This document shows, piece by piece, positions 58,918 through 64,000 of a stretch of 64,000 bases of DNA (the first letter of the stretch is position 1; every line of letters begins with the position of its first letter). This DNA comes from Vitrella brassicaformis CCMP3155 (taxonomy: Eukaryota > Protista > Chromerida), in contig CDMY01000366.1 of assembly GCA_001179505.1 (NCBI GenBank), positions 372,001 through 436,000 on the forward strand, in the 5' to 3' direction. The notes under the pieces are model-generated. The model saw nothing but the letters and a program-made list of their open reading frames with translations, made no database searches and was not told the origin of the DNA. The position numbers and the translations under genes are program-made.

Positions 58918-60190
58918 ATGTCGGGTGCGGCTGATGGAGCTGGTGGCTCGATTGCTGACGAGTCGGCCTCATCGGCTGCGTCTGCCGCCAAGGGTAACCA
59001 ACACTTTTGCTGCAGAAAGGCACAGCCATTCAAGCACACAGCTGTCTGTATGTGTGAGGCGTGTTGCAGGTGCGGCCAGTGCATCGTCGGCGAAGCAGCA
59101 GGGCGGCATTAATGCCGCTGACGTGCCGCAAGCTGTCGCCCCGACTGTAGCCGAGTACGTCAGGAGTTACTCACAGCTGGAGGCCCTCATCGACGCCCAT
59201 CCCACCCAATTCACCGCCGCCGTCCTGCTGCCCATCCTTACCCAGCTGCTGCCCGTCGTGGTGGCCTTGATCTTTGGCGCGCTGGTGCAGGTGCCCCTCC
59301 CCCAGCTGACCCAAGGTGTGGCCATCATTGTGGCCATCGCACGCCGGCTCGTCATGCTTGAGAGGGGCGGCGACTGGGCCAGATGGCGGCCGCACTTGGA
59401 GATGCTTTATTTGCTGAGAGGAATGAGGCCTGTGGTATTGGGTGACGACAACTTCGGTGTGTTCCAATATAGATATATTGGTGTGTTCGACCGCCGGGCG
59501 TTCTTCATCAGCGAGACGGAGGCGGTCTGGCAGTGGAAGATACTCAGCTGGGGCGTCACTGTCGCTGATGGAGGACAACAGACACGACTGATGGACCTCT
59601 CCTGCATCGGCGACAGCATCATCCTTCTCCCCCACGCATGTCGTTTCACGCCCACCCTCCTCGCCTCTGCCAGCCACCTCTTCCCCTCTGACGCATTCGA
59701 CCCCACCGACCCGCCCACACAGCTGGCCGAGTACACGTACCCCAACTACACATCAATGGTGGCATTCGTTCTTTTCCGCTGGCTTTTTTGCGGCGGCCAC
59801 ATCCGTCGCGTCAGAGAGTGGTGGTCTTACCGGTCTGCTTATGCTGCATTTCGGCGTGTGGATGAGCTGCTGGCGGCCTCTCCCAGCGATGCGGCACAGT
59901 GGGGGGCGGGGGTGGCCATCTTCGACGGGAAGCGGCCGGACGGGAAGGGGTTGTCACACTGCCGGTGGGTGGTGCTGGGCAGTGAGGTGATGGGCGAGGG
60001 CCACATGGCAGTGATTGAGCTGGTCGATTGGTGGGGTTATTCTCGTGATGTCATCATATACTCAACCGAGCCGGCCCCCCACGCTCAGACGCGCAATGTC
60101 GTGATGAGAATGCTGGGGGCTCAGCTGGGCGGTGTGGTGTGGCGGGGGGAGCATGAGGCCAGGCAAGCGACGGCCTGCACTCTGATGTGA
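58918..60190 (+). CDS. Unknown protein, probably from a lineage-expanded family; 2 exons, upstream exons possible
   Basis: 76-bp intron (58994-59069), then one exon of about 1.1 kb with RRLVMLERGGDWARWRPHLEMLYLLRG, FISETEAVWQW and FDPTDPP. I recall these motifs from repeated Vitrella hypothetical proteins (not searched). Confidence 0.75.
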
Positions 60191-61220
60191 TCGGGGGCTT
60201 TGACGATATGTCGATTGTCCATCCACGACAGAGGGATGCTTGGCGGTCAGTGAGAGGGGAGACAGACAAACAGCCAGCCGGGCAACGGGCTTTTCTTGGC
60301 CTTCTGTGTTATTTGGGCGATTCTGTCTGTCTGTCTGTCTGTATTTGCCGATGAGCGTGTGTGCCCGGTGCGGTGTATGCGTATGTGTGATGTCGATGTG
60401 TGTGTGTGTCTTCTCTCTTCCTTTTGTGTGTGGCGATTGAGTTTCTCTTGCCGTCCTACGTCACACTCACACGCACCGCACACAAACAAAGGGGGACCGA
60501 GGGGACCCACACACACAGACACAACCCACACATAGAGGGAGAGAGAGATATGCCCGTCTGCCTGTGCAGTGTGTAAGGTATAGGGTGCATGCCCGTGTGG
60601 TTTGTGCAGTTTCTGGCGACGTGGCTGGCTGGCTGGCTGACTTGATGGATGTGAGTGGGTGGCGAAGACAGCGAGTCCCGGCCGGTGTCGGCTGGCCTGG
60701 CGAGCTGTTAGCCGCATGTATACGCGGAAGGAACACAGACCGACCAATTTGTACATATTCATTCACATACACGCCATGCAGCAAAATGAGTATCTCAACA
60801 CACGCACTGTGATCACTCATGCACACACGCCACGCCCCTGTACACAGCAGCTGGCACATAACACGCAGGGACAGCTGACTCTCGACTCACCTTCCCCCCT
60901 CCACTTTCTGCCCCTCGTACGCCCCCAGCCGTCCAGCCAAACATGCGCCCCGGATAATGCCGCAGGAAGGTCCACAGGCGCTCGACCGCCTCCCACATCT
61001 GCGAACCCTTGCGGGCCCTCCTGGCGGGCGGCTGCTGGTTGGTGTCTTCGGCCTCCTCCCTTGTCACTCGTTGGATGTGAGACGCCTTTTGCTCTCCGGC
61101 AGTGCAGATGGCATGGGGGGAGGGAGTGGGGTCGGGGCGAGCATCTGGCTTGGCCACAAGCTGACACGGGCGAGCACCTCGGCGGGATGGCTGCAGGGTG
61201 GGCGTCAATTGGTCGGCATC

Positions 61221-62290
61221 CTAGGGCAAATACCTGACAGACAGACAGACAGATGGATGGATGGATGGACAGAAGCAGTCTGTGTTCCCCCATCCCTTCT
61301 CACACAGTACACATACATGTCTCTGGGTCGCCGCTTGTCGCAGTCTGAGAGCCTCTTGTCCGGGGCCGCATCCTCTTGCTCCTGCCCGAATGCAACCATA
61401 CACGCACACACACATACACACATCAAGAGAAAGGGCAATTGGCGCCGGACCCAGGATAGCTGTGCTGATGTGCGGTGCATAGTACCATCACGAAGTTCTC
61501 TCTCGCGTTCTTGGCCACCTTGTTGCTGCACTCATCAGACACCCACACACACACGCGTGACAATCCGCCCCGCTCCCACCCACCCCACCCCAGCAATCAT
61601 ACCGGCGTCAGGTGGCTCTCAGATGGGTTGTTTGAACCAAATGGACTCGAAGAACTTCACCTTGCGCAGCATGCCGCCCGTCACGAAGCTGCGGACAGCA
61701 CATGTGATGGATGAATGGATGGATGAGCGCATGGCATGGCTTACTGTCTGTTGGCCTCCAGGGCCGACATGTTATGGTCCTTGTCCCCGAACGACCACAC
61801 ACACGACACACCGACCCCCTTCTGACGCAACGCCTGGAACAGAGTCGCAAAGCAGCCACGCTGCACACACGCACACACGGACAGACAGACAGGATTGCCC
61901 TGATTCCATTCGACGCGTCCCTGTGTGTGGGCCTCCTGCATACCTTCCATTTGCCCGGGTGGAGGTCGCCTCGGCCGGTCGCCTCGGCATGGCTGCGGGC
62001 CGAGATAACGGGAATGTGGCGGCTCGTCAGGTAGGCCCTCACCCCCTGGTACCCTGGCTGCGCCAGATCTCTAGAGTCTTCTCCAGCCTACACACACCAA
62101 ACATGCACACCGTTTGCACTGGTGGGTGGTCTTGTTGTGTATGTGTCTGTGCGACTGACCATTCAGGTGAAGCGTTCGATGCGGGAGATGCCCCTGAGGT
62201 CAGCGTGGGCGTCGTAGGACACCTGCCGTGGCACGAAGGGCACGGTGACGCACCCGCCGTGACCTTCCTGCACACAAGCCTCTGCAAAGC
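61221..62290 (-). pseudogene. Protist HAD-like family gene with apparent frameshift(s); 5' end unresolved
   Basis: Motifs in order: SNASPEWLEKTL, IPVISARSH, PGKWKRGCFATL, VWSFGDKDHNMSAL, RKVKFFE. The first two lie in different frames across a GGG run at 62052-62054. Confidence 0.5.
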
Positions 62291-62652
62291 ACTCGGGGCC
62301 GTCGTATCCAGCGAGAACACCTGCGGGATGTCCGGCGTCCAGAACCGAGATAGGGTTTCGACCTGCGAGCTTGGCGTGCCGAGGCAGAATCTATTCCGGA
62401 GACAGTCCGGGGCCGCGAGTGGATGCTATTCCGCCAGAAGATCTGCCTCTGTTCAGCATAGATCATCCTCTCTCCGTTCCCCCGAGAGACCTATCTCTCT
62501 TCTGTCGCGGGGAAGACAGTCTACTGCAGTGCCGAATTGGCCCAGCTTGTATGCTCACCCCCCGTCAACAACCCATTGCCTTCTCCGTCCTTCCGCTTTC
62601 GTGTTAACTGTATCATCGACTTGCAGTCACGTCGTTCTCTCTATCTCTCAGG

Positions 62653-63778
62653 ATGCTACAGATCTTTCTGTGCCTCATCGGCCTCGCTGCTGTGTGCGGT
62701 ACTGCCTCCTCCAACACCAACACGACGGCTACTGCGGCCAACCCGTCAGCTGCTGATGTCACCACCAACGAGACGGTAGGGAGGCTGCCTGTCACTGTGT
62801 GTCGGTTCTCTTTGCATCTGCTGCTGTGAATGTTTGTGTGTGCAGTCGGTGTCGATGCCCGAGGCAGATCTCGATGCCACTCCTCTCAATAAGAACGTGG
62901 GCAGTCTTAGTTGCTGATGCGTGTGTCTGTGTATGTGTGTGTATGCGGCGTCTGCGTGCAGGTCGCTGATGGCGAGGACGGCGACGAAGAAGAAAGAGCG
63001 CGGCGACGTCTGCAGTTCGGCGTCGGCGACATCCAGATTCCCGATGTTGAAGATATTGAAGCACAGCTTGATGCTGCCGAGAATACATGGTCCGAGGTAT
63101 ACCCGTTCTCGCACGAGGGCGTTCAAGGTTGCAATGACCAGGACCTCATCGACATGGCAGCGGCAAAGGGACATGAGTTTGCAGAGAAGTGGGGGGGCGG
63201 ATGGCGCTTCTACGATGCCGAGATTGATGGAACCCCCAACAAAATTAAATCCGGGGGGGACGTGGGGCTCTTTGGCGTGGAACCGCGCAAGTGCTCGATA
63301 ACGGGCAGGGTGGAGATCACGATGGTCAAAGAGGATTACGTACGCGGCATACACGCGAGTCAGAAGCTGTCCTTTCGATTCGACTCATTGTGCATGTGTG
63401 TCTGAGTAGTGGAGGAAAATCTACCTTCGCAACAGATGCCACGAGCCCATCAAAATTTTCGCCCGCTACAAGACGACGTCCGGTGAGTGGGACTGCGAGT
63501 CGGAGACAGTCAATCCCGAGAAGGACTTTTACATGTCCGACGGCGGCAAGGATATCCGGGTGGATGGCGACAGTAGCCGCATCTACTGGTACGCGGAGAG
63601 CACCGTCAGCAGCAAGAAAATTTCAGATCCCGATGCTTCTCCAAGAGAGTGTGACGGGCGCGATCTGAAGATGAGGACCAAGGACAAAGGCGACCTGGAC
63701 ACAGATGGGAATTGGCGCATCTCTATACCCCCCTGCGACCGTCGCCTCCGGGGGGTGACAGCCGACGATGAAGATTGA
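62653..63778 (+). CDS. Secreted protein with DUF1036-like C-terminal domain; 4 exons
   Basis: Signal peptide MLQIFLCLIGLAAVCG. Phase-0 splices lead to WRKIYLRNRCHEPIKIFARYKTTSGEWDCESETVNPEKDFYMSDGGKDIRVDGDSSRIYWYAEST. Stop at 63776-63778. Confidence 0.75.
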
Positions 63779-64000
63779 GTGCTGATGCGGGGTGGGTCAT
63801 TGTGTTGATGTACATGCTGTTTTGTTACCTGGCGCCCCTCTGTCGAGGGGGTCTGTGCGTGGGTGGGTGGGTGTGCTACACATGGGTAACAGACCGCTTG
63901 CTCTCTACATGGTGGCCCCCCTCGGTTTCGGTGTCTTGTTTGCTCAATCGGAAGGGGGCCTGAGTGCATGGGTGTGTGTGTGTGTGGTCAGTCATGTGTG

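Noticed and set aside
62039-62090. Nudix/NUDT6-like reading WLEKTLEIWRSQGTRG
   Set aside because: Followed by a stop, and no Nudix box occurs nearby. Downstream motifs fit a HAD-like family better.
62160-62165. TGA directly before ATG as possible selenocysteine or readthrough
   Set aside because: No SECIS-like evidence, and the family-like motif lies in a different frame, so a frameshift explains it more simply.
60957-62756. 599-aa plus-strand ORF in the track
   Set aside because: Runs through CA-rich antisense introns of the minus-strand locus; composition (HTH runs, Cys/Arg/Trp-rich) is typical of shadow frames.
62746-63354. 202-aa minus-strand ORF
   Set aside because: Antisense shadow of the spliced, signal-peptide-bearing plus-strand gene.
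1-64000. CRISPR arrays, rRNA genes, transposase or reverse-transcriptase genes
   Set aside because: No repeat-spacer array, rRNA-like conserved blocks, DDE/YADD motifs, LTRs or long terminal inverted repeats seen by eye. Degenerate elements could be missed without a repeat library.

Overview
Eukaryotic nuclear DNA: GC-rich and gene-dense, with about 24 protein-coding loci that I reconstructed by hand from GT..AG introns. The introns are mostly about 55-125 bp and rich in TGTG on the sense strand. Intron style, signal-plus-transit leaders and protein content suggest a chromerid alveolate such as Vitrella; this is an inference, not a database result. Recognisable genes: GUP1/HHAT-type MBOAT, secretory class I SAM methyltransferase, GPI-type mucin-like protein, GT64 glycosyltransferase, sterol desaturase/fatty-acid hydroxylase, EAF6, alpha-SNAP, EF-hand protein, CCDC33-like C2/coiled-coil protein, TM9SF, RCC1-repeat protein, RING-H2 protein, calmodulin/myosin-light-chain-like protein, START protein, intronless alpha-carbonic anhydrase, RH39-like DEAD-box helicase, CRM/YhbY protein, a large disordered RS/Pro-rich protein, TMEM33/Pom33 and several unknowns. 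Most genes sit in tight head-to-head pairs, and several of the shared promoters carry telo-box-like ACCCT/AGGGT motifs. The best candidate for a new system is the divergent pair of two apparently plastid-targeted RNA factors (DEAD-box helicase with a ZNF598-like PAH module, plus a CRM protein). Two loci have apparent frameshifts that could be pseudogenisation or assembly indels. I found no rRNA, tRNA, CRISPR array or mobile element. Most ORFs in the supplied track are antisense shadows or intron read-through.
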